From Planctomycetota bacterium (GTDB lineage Bacteria > Planctomycetota > UBA8108 > SXIK01): a stretch of DNA of 64,000 bases. Positions 30,171-39,214 of the stretch are shown here, piece after piece. Position numbers and translations under genes: made by a program. Location: contig CBDCXR010000004.1 in NCBI GenBank assembly GCA_965223845.1, positions 5,376,001-5,440,000 on the forward strand, given 5' to 3'. The stretch's first letter is position 1. Each line of letters opens with the position of its first letter. Under the pieces are notes generated by a model. The model saw nothing but the letters and a program-made list of their open reading frames with translations. It made no database searches and was not told where the DNA came from.

Positions 30171-31571
30171 ATGCCGAGCTCCCCGCGATCCCCTCGATCT
30201 CGACGTCAGTTTCTCCGCACCGCCGGCCTCGCTCTCGGCGCTTGGAGCCTCCCCGTCACGCTTCCCCGGCGACGGCGTGCGCACCGAATGGAAGCGTCGA
30301 CGCTGAACGCCGGACGACTCACCGTCGCGCGCGTCGACAGAACCACCGTGCGACTCCCCTTTCGCGAAGTACCTCGGCGCGCGATGGATCGCGAGCTTCC
30401 CCACTGGCGTTACTCGGAAATCTGCGAGGTTCACCTTCGTTCGGGTGACGTCGGCCTCGGGGAAACGCTGCTCTTCTACACCTGGGGCGCCACCGACGAT
30501 ACCGATGTCGAGCGCGCGCTCGGAAACAACGCCGCCGCGCTTCTCTGGGACGACTCTCTCGGCGCCGGACTTCAGGCGGCGCTCTTCGATGCCGTCGCGC
30601 GCGCCCAGGGGATTCCGATCCATCGCCTCCTCGGGAGGCAAGTCCACGAGCGAACGCCGCTCTCGTGGTGGAATATCGACACGCCCGCCGATGACATGGC
30701 GTCTGAATGCAAGACGGCATTCGACCAGGGCTACCTTTCGTACAAGACGAAGGGACGACCTTGGTTCGACATTTGGGACCAGGTCGAGAAGTCACGGAAG
30801 GTCGTCCCGGAGACGTTCAAGATCGACATGGACTTCAACGAGACGCTTCTCGACGCGAAGCGCGCGCTCCCGATCGTCAAGGACCTCGAGAGCGTCCCCC
30901 AGATCGACATCTACGAGTCGCCGATCCCTCAGCGCGACGTCGAAGGCAACCGAGCGATCCGCGAGGCGACACGCGTCAACATCGCACTTCACTACGGGAC
31001 TCCGCCTCCCGATGTCGTCGTCCGCGAAGGAGTCTGCGACGGCTTCGTCGTGGGCGGCGGAGCGAGTCGCGTGCTCGAGCAAGGTCGCTTCGCGGGCGAA
31101 GTGAAGATGCCGTTCTGGCTTCAGCTCGTCGGAACCGGAATCACCGCCGCGTACTCGCTCCACTTCGGTGCAATTCTGCGCGAGGCGCGCTGGCCGGCCG
31201 TCAACTGCCACCAGCTCTACACGCACTCGATGCTCGAGAAGTCGATCGCGGTCGAAAACGGCACTGCAGCCGTTCCGAACGGACCCGGACTCGGCTACAC
31301 GCTCGATCGGACCGCGCTCGAGCGCTTTCGCGTCGACAAGCCGTCCTCTCTTCCGAATCCGAAACGGATGGTCGAGGCGCGGTGGCCGGATGGCCGGCGG
31401 ATGTATTTCGCGAACGGTCCCGTCAACTTCGTGCTCCGTCCGGGAATGGAAGGGAAGATTCCGTTCTACGAGCGCGGAGTGACGACTCGCCTCTTCCCGG
31501 ACGACGGGAGCGAGTCCTGGAGCGAGCTCTACGAACGCGCGCGGAAGGACGGTCCGTTCATCCTTCGGTAG
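30171..31571 (+). CDS. Tat-exported mandelate racemase/muconate lactonizing enzyme (enolase superfamily) protein
   Basis: SRRQFLR Tat motif; GLGE, ALFDAVARAQG.P...LLG, KTK, DFNE, YESP, VPNGPGLG. Confidence 0.82.
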   Translation: MPSSPRSPRSRRQFLRTAGLALGAWSLPVTLPRRRRAHRMEASTLNAGRLTVARVDRTTVRLPFREVPRRAMDRELPHWRYSEICEVHLRSGDVGLGETLLFYTWGATDDTDVERALGNNAAALLWDDSLGAGLQAALFDAVARAQGIPIHRLLGRQVHERTPLSWWNIDTPADDMASECKTAFDQGYLSYKTKGRPWFDIWDQVEKSRKVVPETFKIDMDFNETLLDAKRALPIVKDLESVPQIDIYESPIPQRDVEGNRAIREATRVNIALHYGTPPPDVVVREGVCDGFVVGGGASRVLEQGRFAGEVKMPFWLQLVGTGITAAYSLHFGAILREARWPAVNCHQLYTHSMLEKSIAVENGTAAVPNGPGLGYTLDRTALERFRVDKPSSLPNPKRMVEARWPDGRRMYFANGPVNFVLRPGMEGKIPFYERGVTTRLFPDDGSESWSELYERARKDGPFILR

Positions 31572-31579
31572 CGGCAAGA

Positions 31580-33211
31580 TCAGGGCTCGAGCGCGAGCAC
31601 GACGTCGGAGCCCGCGACGTTCTGAATCCCCTCGTGGTCGACGCCATCCGGTCCCGAGCTGTAGATCAAGAGTCGACCGTCGAAGAGCGCAAGCTTGATC
31701 TGCCGGCCGTCGTAAGGATCTTCGGGTAAATCGTCGATCCACTCGGGAACGAGATCCTCGGCCTTTTCGGGGAGTGAGCCCTTCGCCGATCGGTAGGCGG
31801 CTGCCGCGAGAGCGACCGCCGCGAGACGGTAGTGCGTGCGTACGCTCGCAGCGGCGCGCGGGTAGAACTCCGCGAGCGTGGGTGACAGCCGCTGCGTGAC
31901 GAGGCCGCGCTGGGACGTCACCGATCGCAACCAGCCGCGGTCGGCGGCTTGGGTCCGAACTTCGGGATACGGAAGTCGAGCGCGTGTTTTCTGCGCGCGC
32001 AGGATCTCCCGAAGGCTCTGCACGTCGGCGCGGACAACGTAGACCCGCCAGAGGGCCAGAGCGGCGCTCTGGCGCGGCGCCAGCGACCGACCGCCGCTTC
32101 GCTTCACGAAGAGTGCATCGCCCGACTCACCCTCCGGCACCTCGCCGAGCGCGTGGTCGGCGAGCATCCAGAGGAGAGCGGCGCCCATCCGGTCGATGGC
32201 GCGGTCGACGTCGGCCTCGCTCAAGATCTCAATCGAGCCCGCGTTTGGACTGGGCGGAGGGATCTTCGTCTCTGCCGAGGCGTGAGCGAGCACTGCGGTG
32301 AGCGTCTCGCTCGCTTCAGCCGCCCGGCGCGCGGCCGCGGCGAGCTCGAACGCTGTCGCGTTCGCGACGAGATGGCGGACAACGGTCCACATCCGCTGCT
32401 GGACGGAGAGCGCGCCGACGATGTCGCCTCGCTCCGCGAGCACCCGCGCCTCGAGCGCCAGCATCGCCGACGCGTCGCGCAGCGCCGCGATCAACTCGTC
32501 GCTGAACATGTTCACCTGGACGCCCGTCGGTTTCGGGCGCTGGCAGTGTTCGAGATCGGTCGCACGGTGAACGAGCCGAGTCGCCGATTTCATCCGCTCG
32601 AGGTAGTTCGCCATCGCGGAAGGATCGAGCTTTCCTTCGACCACGCTCGAATCGGAGTGCAATAGCCCGAACCACTTCGGACGCTCAAGACGCGTCCCGA
32701 GCTCCGCGCGAAGAACGCGGTAGAGATCGAACGCGTTCGCGCCGGAGGGCGACTCCTCGACAACGAGATCTTGTGCGATCTGCTTCAGCCCGCGAAGCTC
32801 CGACTTTCGCCGGTCGTCGATCACGATGAAGAGAACGACCGCCGCGAGGATCGAGCCGCCGGCCAGTAGAGCGAGACGGCGCGAACGCCAAGAGTCGGCT
32901 CGGAGTCCGGGCCCGCTGGGAGCGCGGCGAAGACCGTAAAGGACGACCAGCGCCGCCGCGGTAACGTAGACAGCCCCCCACCCGAGCGTGTAGCCGAGCC
33001 ACGACGGCGCTACTCCGGCCGACCGTAGACGCAGCGTGAGCATGACGGTCCACGCGGCGAACACGAACGGCGCGCAGGCGACGATGACCACGCCGAAAAA
33101 GCGCGACAGAAACGGCCGGACGTTGCGGCTCGCGGCGACCCAGAATGCCACCCCGGAAACACAACCGACGAGGAAGAGTCCCCACAACGCCCAGAGTACA
33201 ACCGCGTTCAT
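31580..33211 (-). CDS. Hypothetical membrane protein (4 N-terminal TMs; C-terminal GspG-like DPY...IYSxGPDG motif)
   Basis: Four hydrophobic segments in the first ~130 aa; YRSAKGSLP..EDLVP.....PEDPYDG...LIYSSGPDGVD tail. Confidence 0.7.
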   Translation of the reverse strand: MNAVVLWALWGLFLVGCVSGVAFWVAASRNVRPFLSRFFGVVIVACAPFVFAAWTVMLTLRLRSAGVAPSWLGYTLGWGAVYVTAAALVVLYGLRRAPSGPGLRADSWRSRRLALLAGGSILAAVVLFIVIDDRRKSELRGLKQIAQDLVVEESPSGANAFDLYRVLRAELGTRLERPKWFGLLHSDSSVVEGKLDPSAMANYLERMKSATRLVHRATDLEHCQRPKPTGVQVNMFSDELIAALRDASAMLALEARVLAERGDIVGALSVQQRMWTVVRHLVANATAFELAAAARRAAEASETLTAVLAHASAETKIPPPSPNAGSIEILSEADVDRAIDRMGAALLWMLADHALGEVPEGESGDALFVKRSGGRSLAPRQSAALALWRVYVVRADVQSLREILRAQKTRARLPYPEVRTQAADRGWLRSVTSQRGLVTQRLSPTLAEFYPRAAASVRTHYRLAAVALAAAAYRSAKGSLPEKAEDLVPEWIDDLPEDPYDGRQIKLALFDGRLLIYSSGPDGVDHEGIQNVAGSDVVLALEP

Positions 33212-33661
33212 GAAAGTTGCCCCTTACGATTTGCCGATCGGACGCTTCGCTCCCAAAACTGCGCGAGCTCGGCTACGGGAGCGAACGGACGAGCTTAACC
33301 CTTACGTTGCAAAAACGGCGCGCAAAAACGGTGAGGAGTACTCTCGCGGTGGCTTCTCGAGACGCTGCGCCGAGCCGATCGTGCTCGACACGCGACATCG
33401 CGGGAGCGGATCAGAGCTCGCGGGCGACGCGGAATCCGCGAGGGAAGGCTCTTCTCGCCGCCGGGCTTACACCGTGCGCAGGATGACTCGGAAGTCGCGC
33501 CCGGCCGGCTCCGCACGGGAAGCGGTCGGGGCCGAGTGCGATGCGTGATCGGTCCCGGCTGCATTCGAGAAAACTCGATCGCGCGGCGCGAGGAATCGAT
33601 TCTACTGTCTTGGAAGACCCGATCGACTGATCGGGGCGGCAACCGGCGAGGAAGTCCATCC

Positions 33662-35146
33662 ATGAACCGAGAGCTCGAGTTGCGTCTTCGCTTCGAGGCG
33701 GGGAGCCTCGATCGAATCCTCCGCCACGCATCGCTCGGCGGCGGGGAGCGACGACCGACGCGCACGCTGAGCGCGCACTACTTCGACACCCCGGACTTGC
33801 GACTCGCGCAGAACGGAGTGGGCGTTCGCATCCGAGAAGACGGCGGGCGATGGCTTCAAACCGTCAAGCTGCGAGGAGATCGCGACGGTGGTGTCGACAC
33901 TCGACTCGAGTACGAGACCGAGGTCGACGGTCCCGGGGTGGAGTCGCTCGATCTGTCATCGATCCCGGAGGTCTCGCACGCACTCGGCGCCATCGGGGCG
34001 ACCGCCGCGACGCTCCAGCGGGTTCTCTTTACCGCGATCTTGCGCGACGACGTTCGTCTCGAGCGCGACGAATCCGAGATCCTCGTCTCGATCGATCGCG
34101 GAGAGCTGCGAAGCCCCCGGGCTGCGACCACGACGAACGAGATCGAGCTGGAGCTCGTCCGCGGTGACGTCGCCGAACTCTTCGCTCTCGCACTCGAGCT
34201 CGCCGGAGAGATTCCGCTCGCACTCGAGCCCGCGAATAAGCTCGAGCGCGGCCTGGGGATCGCCCCGCGGCCGGAGACGACCATCGGCAGCGCGCTCACG
34301 CAGACGACGCCGGCTCGAGACGCGTTCGATCTCCTCGCGTCGAGCTGCGCGTCCGCCCTTCTCGCCCAGCGAGCGGCGGCGCGTGCCGGAAAGCTGCGAA
34401 CCATTGCCGGCACGCTCGACAGTCTCCGCGCCGGTTTGCGCCTCGTTCGCAAGGCTGCGCCGAAGACGGCTCACGCCGCCCTCAATCGCGAGCTCCGCCG
34501 CTTGCAAAAATTCGCGACGTCCTTCTGCGGCTGGGACGAGATCGCGGCGTGGCTTGACGCAACGGAAGACCGAGATCGCAACGAGGACTCCGATTCCCTT
34601 CGCGCACTGCGAACCATCGCGCACCGAAAGCGAGCGGCGGCGGAGCGGCGACTCCGAATCGAGCTGTCGAAGCCGCGGCTCGATCGAGCGCTGCTTCTCG
34701 CGGGGACGGCGATCGGTGTGCGCGAACGCGCGACGGCGAAAGCCGCCAAGAAGCAAAAGCGCGCGGGCGATCGACCGCTGGGCCCGATCGCTGCAATCGA
34801 GCTCGATCGACTCGATCGACGCGTGCGAAGTGCCGGAGAGGATCCCGACCGGCGCGAGAAGGTGGCGCGGCGCTGCGCTCGGCTCGGAGCGACGCTCGAC
34901 GCCGTCGCGCCACTCTACGACGCGAAGGTGGTCGACGATCTCCGCGCCGCCACCCAGCGGCTCGAGCGCGCAGCATCTCGCTTCGAGAGCTCTCTTCTTT
35001 TCGACGCGATCCCGAGCCCGTCGCTCCGCCGAGCGGCAACCGCGTTTTCGCCCGCCTCCAAAGCGGACGAGTTCACCGCCGCGTGGAGCGCGTTTCGCGA
35101 AGCCCGTCGGCCCTGGGCCGAAACTCGGGACGGAGACGATCGCTGA
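33662..35146 (+). CDS. CYTH domain protein with a degenerate CHAD-like helical C-terminus (YgiF-like)
   Basis: ELELRL (ExExK-like), YFDTPD..L, RIR..G..WLQTVK, RLEYE, EIELEL, NKLERG. Confidence 0.78.
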   Translation: MNRELELRLRFEAGSLDRILRHASLGGGERRPTRTLSAHYFDTPDLRLAQNGVGVRIREDGGRWLQTVKLRGDRDGGVDTRLEYETEVDGPGVESLDLSSIPEVSHALGAIGATAATLQRVLFTAILRDDVRLERDESEILVSIDRGELRSPRAATTTNEIELELVRGDVAELFALALELAGEIPLALEPANKLERGLGIAPRPETTIGSALTQTTPARDAFDLLASSCASALLAQRAAARAGKLRTIAGTLDSLRAGLRLVRKAAPKTAHAALNRELRRLQKFATSFCGWDEIAAWLDATEDRDRNEDSDSLRALRTIAHRKRAAAERRLRIELSKPRLDRALLLAGTAIGVRERATAKAAKKQKRAGDRPLGPIAAIELDRLDRRVRSAGEDPDRREKVARRCARLGATLDAVAPLYDAKVVDDLRAATQRLERAASRFESSLLFDAIPSPSLRRAATAFSPASKADEFTAAWSAFREARRPWAETRDGDDR

Positions 35147-35152
35147 GTACCG

Positions 35153-37459
35153 TCAGCGATCGTTCTCGTTTTGCCCCGCGTTCGTGTCCGCAGCGGCACC
35201 GTGCTTTCGAAGAAGCTCGGCGATCTTCGGCTTCGCTGCGTTTACCTCGTCGGGATCCACTTTCACTCGAAAGACGTTGAAGAGAAACCGCGCCGCGTTC
35301 TCGTCCAGCTCTCGCGCGGTTCCGTCGAGCGGCGTCGTGCCGTCGCGGTTCTTCGCGTCGGCGTCCGCGCCGTTCTCGAGAAGGAAGCGAACCGCCTTCA
35401 ACCGGCCGAGACCCGCTGCCCAGCTGAGCGCCGTCGACCCGAGTCCGTCGTGTTCATCGACATCTGTCGTTTCCAGATGACGCTTCAGTGCCGCGATGTC
35501 GCCCGCACGCGCGGCGGCCCAGAGGTCATCCGGCGGGTCGGCACCGTCGTCGCGACCCCGGTTTCCACCGAAGCGGTTCCGCGGGGCGCCGGCCGGAATG
35601 AGCGGCAACGCTCCCGGAGATCGCGTCCAGATCGGCATTCCATCCTTCGTCTCTTCGGCGATGTCGGCGCGACGATTTCGGATGAACGTCCGCACTCGAT
35701 CGAGATGGCGACCGAAACCTCGCTGCTCGCCGTCGCTCTCTAGATGCGGCTCGAGCATCTTCTCGATGCGATCGACCTCGGCGAGGAGCGCATCCTCTTT
35801 CCAGTGCTCGTCGAGGATCGATTGGAGCGTGTCTAAGTATCGCTCTCGTCCCCCGGATGTCTGGTAGAGGCGGTGCGCAATCAAACCCTCGGTCTTGACC
35901 GAAATCGGCACGCTTCGATCCGGGTTGATCTTGCTGTACTTCTCGAACAGCGAATCGGCCCCCCACGGGAGGAAATGGATCTTCCCGGACTTTGGATTCA
36001 AGTAGACGAAGAAGTTGTTTCGGTTGCCCGAGTAGCCGTCCCAGAATCCGAGCAATCCCTCGAGAGCCCAGTAGCGATAGAACGCGTCGAGATCGACGAA
36101 GTCCCCGATCGCTGCTCGCGCGCCGCCGGTGCGTCCACGCAGCTCGCCCGCGATGAGCATGTCCGAGCTCGTCGGTTCGACGTTGAGTCCATGGAGCGCG
36201 AGGACGTTCTCTCCCTGCCTGAGCTTGTCGCGGTGTTCCGAGACAAAAAACGGCTGGAACGATACCGCCGTGCCGTCGCCGTTCGGTCCGGTCGAGCCGG
36301 ACGTCCACGACAAATCCTCCGGAGCGTTTGCCGATGCGATGCGATGGCCGTTCAGGTACGCGACGAAGCCGTCGTCGAACTTCATCCGGAGAACGAGCTC
36401 CGAGATCGACGCCGGATCGTCGACGGTGAAGCGAAGCCGGACATAAACGGACTGCCCGCGTCCGAAGAGGTCCGCTTTGAAATCGAATTCCGGCGCGAGC
36501 AACGACTCGTAGCCGGAATCGTTCTCGTAACCCGCGCCGCCCTTGCCGGAAATCCAGCTCGAGTCGTCGAACTCGGGTTTCATCCAGATGTCGTCGACGT
36601 CTCCGTTCGTCGGGACCCATGCCCGAGCGAGGGCGTCGGCAGGAGCGAGCACATCGCCGCCGCTACCGCTGATCGCGTCGATCAGCTCCTTAATCTTCGC
36701 GCGCCCGGCCGCGTCGTCGCCTAACTTGTGCTCGAAGCTGTTCTCCCAGTCCTCGTAAAAATCAACGATCGTTCCCTCGTAGAGAACTCCGCTGGCATCC
36801 CCGTATCCGCGCGCGAGGAGAGGCCGCCTCGCCGTTTCGACGTGCGAGTAGATACCGAGACTTCTCCCGTTGACCGTCACACGTGCGAACGCGCAGCGAG
36901 GCGCCGGCGATCCGACCGCGTTGAAGAGTCGGTAGCTCAAGTACTGGCTGACGAGACTCGTGTCCTGTTGATTGTTGTTGAGCGTGAGGTTCCGAAGTCC
37001 CTCGATGCCTCCTTCGGGGTCGACGTGGTTCAGCTTGATCTTGAGCGAGGGACGCGACGAGCTGAGCGACCCGAGAAAACCCTTCTTTCGAAGTCCAACT
37101 TTGGGAAGCTCGACGCCGTCGATCGTGACGCTCGCGGGAACATATGTGAACGGGCTCGGAACCGGGCCGTGAAGACGAGCGGCCCCCAGCGCCGTGTACA
37201 CGTCTCGCGTCTGGAAGCGGAGGATATCCCAGTCCTCGCGCTGGACGGTGATTTGAACGTCGAGGACGCGGTCCGCCGGGAAGAGCTCGTCGAGCGTGAG
37301 ACCGGCGGATTTAGAATCGCTGCCTTCCGCAGCGGGAGAGTTCCGCTCCGACACAGCGGAAGTCGATTCGGCAGAATGGACGGCGCGACCAGACGAAAGT
37401 CCAACCGAGATCAAGACGGCGACGAGAGCCCCCGGAAACGAACGGACGGTCCTACTCAT
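35153..37459 (-). CDS. Secreted CotH-family kinase with an inserted jelly-roll domain and C-terminal ankyrin repeats
   Basis: Signal peptide; VGLRKKG, RPSLKIK, LTLNN..QD, APRCAFARVTVNG..LGIY..VE, WDGY..NRNNF, PWGAD; ankyrin G.TAL.WAA..G...AV.FLLENGAD. Confidence 0.85.
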   Translation of the reverse strand: MSRTVRSFPGALVAVLISVGLSSGRAVHSAESTSAVSERNSPAAEGSDSKSAGLTLDELFPADRVLDVQITVQREDWDILRFQTRDVYTALGAARLHGPVPSPFTYVPASVTIDGVELPKVGLRKKGFLGSLSSSRPSLKIKLNHVDPEGGIEGLRNLTLNNNQQDTSLVSQYLSYRLFNAVGSPAPRCAFARVTVNGRSLGIYSHVETARRPLLARGYGDASGVLYEGTIVDFYEDWENSFEHKLGDDAAGRAKIKELIDAISGSGGDVLAPADALARAWVPTNGDVDDIWMKPEFDDSSWISGKGGAGYENDSGYESLLAPEFDFKADLFGRGQSVYVRLRFTVDDPASISELVLRMKFDDGFVAYLNGHRIASANAPEDLSWTSGSTGPNGDGTAVSFQPFFVSEHRDKLRQGENVLALHGLNVEPTSSDMLIAGELRGRTGGARAAIGDFVDLDAFYRYWALEGLLGFWDGYSGNRNNFFVYLNPKSGKIHFLPWGADSLFEKYSKINPDRSVPISVKTEGLIAHRLYQTSGGRERYLDTLQSILDEHWKEDALLAEVDRIEKMLEPHLESDGEQRGFGRHLDRVRTFIRNRRADIAEETKDGMPIWTRSPGALPLIPAGAPRNRFGGNRGRDDGADPPDDLWAAARAGDIAALKRHLETTDVDEHDGLGSTALSWAAGLGRLKAVRFLLENGADADAKNRDGTTPLDGTARELDENAARFLFNVFRVKVDPDEVNAAKPKIAELLRKHGAAADTNAGQNENDR

Positions 37460-37713
37460 AGATCTCTCGACTCGCCTAATGCGTCGCTGATCGTCGCGAC
37501 GGAGGATCGAAACGGTCGTCCATCTGATGGATCGCGAACGCGAACTCCTATCGATCCGGATTCGATCCCCGACCGCACCGGGCGCGGAGCGAGTCGAATT
37601 CGGAGCCATGTTCCCCGGCGCTCAATGTAACCGGGACGAATCGCTGGCTCCAGCTTCCGAGCGCGTCGCGCGGCACGGGCGGTCGCCCGAGGACGTCCGC
37701 GCGCCCGGGAGAG

Positions 37714-37943
37714 ATTTACCACGAAGGGCACGAAGGACACGAAGAGAAGAGGTAGGAAAGAGAGTGAGAGACACTCTGTGTATCGCTTCGAGTGAACACG
37801 CTCGAACGATCGGCACTCGATTTCAAACGCTGGTGCGGTCCAGACGAACGCGACGCTCGACCACCAATCGGTCTCTTCCTCTAAATCTCTTTCTCAATAC
37901 CTCTCTTTCTTCCTTCGTGTCCTTCGTGCCCTTCGTGGTGAAT
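37714..37943. repeat. Long inverted repeat (perfect 27-bp arms) forming a ~230-nt hairpin/MITE-like element
   Basis: ACCACGAAGGGCACGAAGGACACGAAG at 37718-37744 and its exact reverse complement at 37913-37939; purine-rich and pyrimidine-rich inner flanks. Confidence 0.9.
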
Positions 37944-37963
37944 TCCTCTTCCAGGCCCGAGGC

Positions 37964-39001
37964 TCAGCCCTTCGCGACCGCCAAACGGCGCGAGAGCGCG
38001 TACGCGCCACCGAGCGCGAGCAACGCGACGAGGACGATGAGCCCGATCGGAGATGCCGCGGGCACGGGCGGAGCTTCTCCGATCCGCCACAGCTCGAGAA
38101 GCACGATGTCTCCTCCATTCGGGTCGTTGCCGTCCCCGTCGGGCCCGCCCGGTCCCGGATTCGAGTTTCCCTGGAGGAGATGCACGCGAACGTAGCCCTG
38201 CGTCACGTTCAGCGTTGGTGAATTCGCCGCACCGCTGCCATCGCCGCCGCTCGGCTCACCATTTTCGTTCATGTTCACAAAGACGGGATCGGGCGCCGTG
38301 CCGTCCCCCGGAGGTGCCTGCTTGTCACCGAACCCGACATGGGCGAAGACACCGGCGCCCGTGCGATCTGCTCGCGCTTGACCGGTCGTGTACTGCGCCT
38401 GGTCGTGATTCTTCACGAGGACGACGTGGTTCGCGCCGACGTTTTCGGGAGGACCGCCGCCGCCGTCCTCGGCGATAACGCGGTGCGCATGCGGGTTGTC
38501 CGCTTCTCCGATGACCGCCACGAAACGGTAGAGGCCGTTCGGGACATCGACGCGGAAGATTCCACCTTCGGGTGGACTACACGGCTCGTTCGGGCCGCCT
38601 GCCGTCGCCTCGTCACACGCATCGGCGAAGTTCTTGAAGCCGATGAAAGAGTCGTACAGCTCTTCCGGACACGAGTCTCCGAAGCGATTCCGGTTGTTCG
38701 GGGAGTCGTCGAACGGACCGAACTGCTCCGCGCCGTTTCGGCCCCCGGCACCCTCGTTCGTTACCTCGAAACCCCATCCGAGCCCCGGGTCGTACGCGAG
38801 CGCGTCGTGCGCCGCGACGCTGTTCGCGGAATGGTGGACCATCGTGTAGTTGGTCTCAGGGTCGTTGAAAGTCGGACACTCGAGGTTCCGCGAACCGAAT
38901 GCGAACGCCCCTTCTAGGGTCTGAGCCCTCGCGATGCCTCCCGCCGACGCCAAGAACAGCGCGGCAACACAACCGATCGAGCGACGAAGTCCTATCGACA
39001 T
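37964..39001 (-). CDS. Secreted protein consisting of one 'domain X' copy with a C-terminal IPTL-CTERM-like sorting signal
   Basis: Signal peptide (IARA|QT); domain shared with 44826 and 47307 proteins; tail VPAASPIGLIVLVALLALGGAYALSRR (motif + TM + basic residues). Confidence 0.85.
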   Translation of the reverse strand: MSIGLRRSIGCVAALFLASAGGIARAQTLEGAFAFGSRNLECPTFNDPETNYTMVHHSANSVAAHDALAYDPGLGWGFEVTNEGAGGRNGAEQFGPFDDSPNNRNRFGDSCPEELYDSFIGFKNFADACDEATAGGPNEPCSPPEGGIFRVDVPNGLYRFVAVIGEADNPHAHRVIAEDGGGGPPENVGANHVVLVKNHDQAQYTTGQARADRTGAGVFAHVGFGDKQAPPGDGTAPDPVFVNMNENGEPSGGDGSGAANSPTLNVTQGYVRVHLLQGNSNPGPGGPDGDGNDPNGGDIVLLELWRIGEAPPVPAASPIGLIVLVALLALGGAYALSRRLAVAKG

Positions 39002-39077
39002 GGTTCCCTCCGATCAACAACCGCTCCCTCGGGCGTGCGAACCCGAGAGGGACGACTCGACAGTACTCGAGGCACTG

Positions 39078-39087
39078 AAAACCCTAC
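39078..39087 (-). promoter_or_regulatory. Shared upstream motif GTAGGGTTTT (candidate -10 element or regulator site)
   Basis: Identical 10-mer at 53462-53471; 77 and 75 nt upstream of the respective starts. Confidence 0.4.
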
Positions 39088-39214
39088 ACCGAACATTCTA
39101 TCGAGCGGGTAAGATCGCCATCCATCCACAAGTCCTCTAGCCGCTCTGCATCCCGAACGCGGCCGAGACGGAATTCGCGTTCGTGACTCTCTTCCTCGCA
39201 CCGTTTCACCCAAG

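Noticed and set aside
37714-37943. CACGAAG repeats as a CRISPR array or IS ends
   Set aside because: No repeat-spacer periodicity, no cas or transposase gene, and no clear target-site duplication; kept only as an inverted-repeat element.
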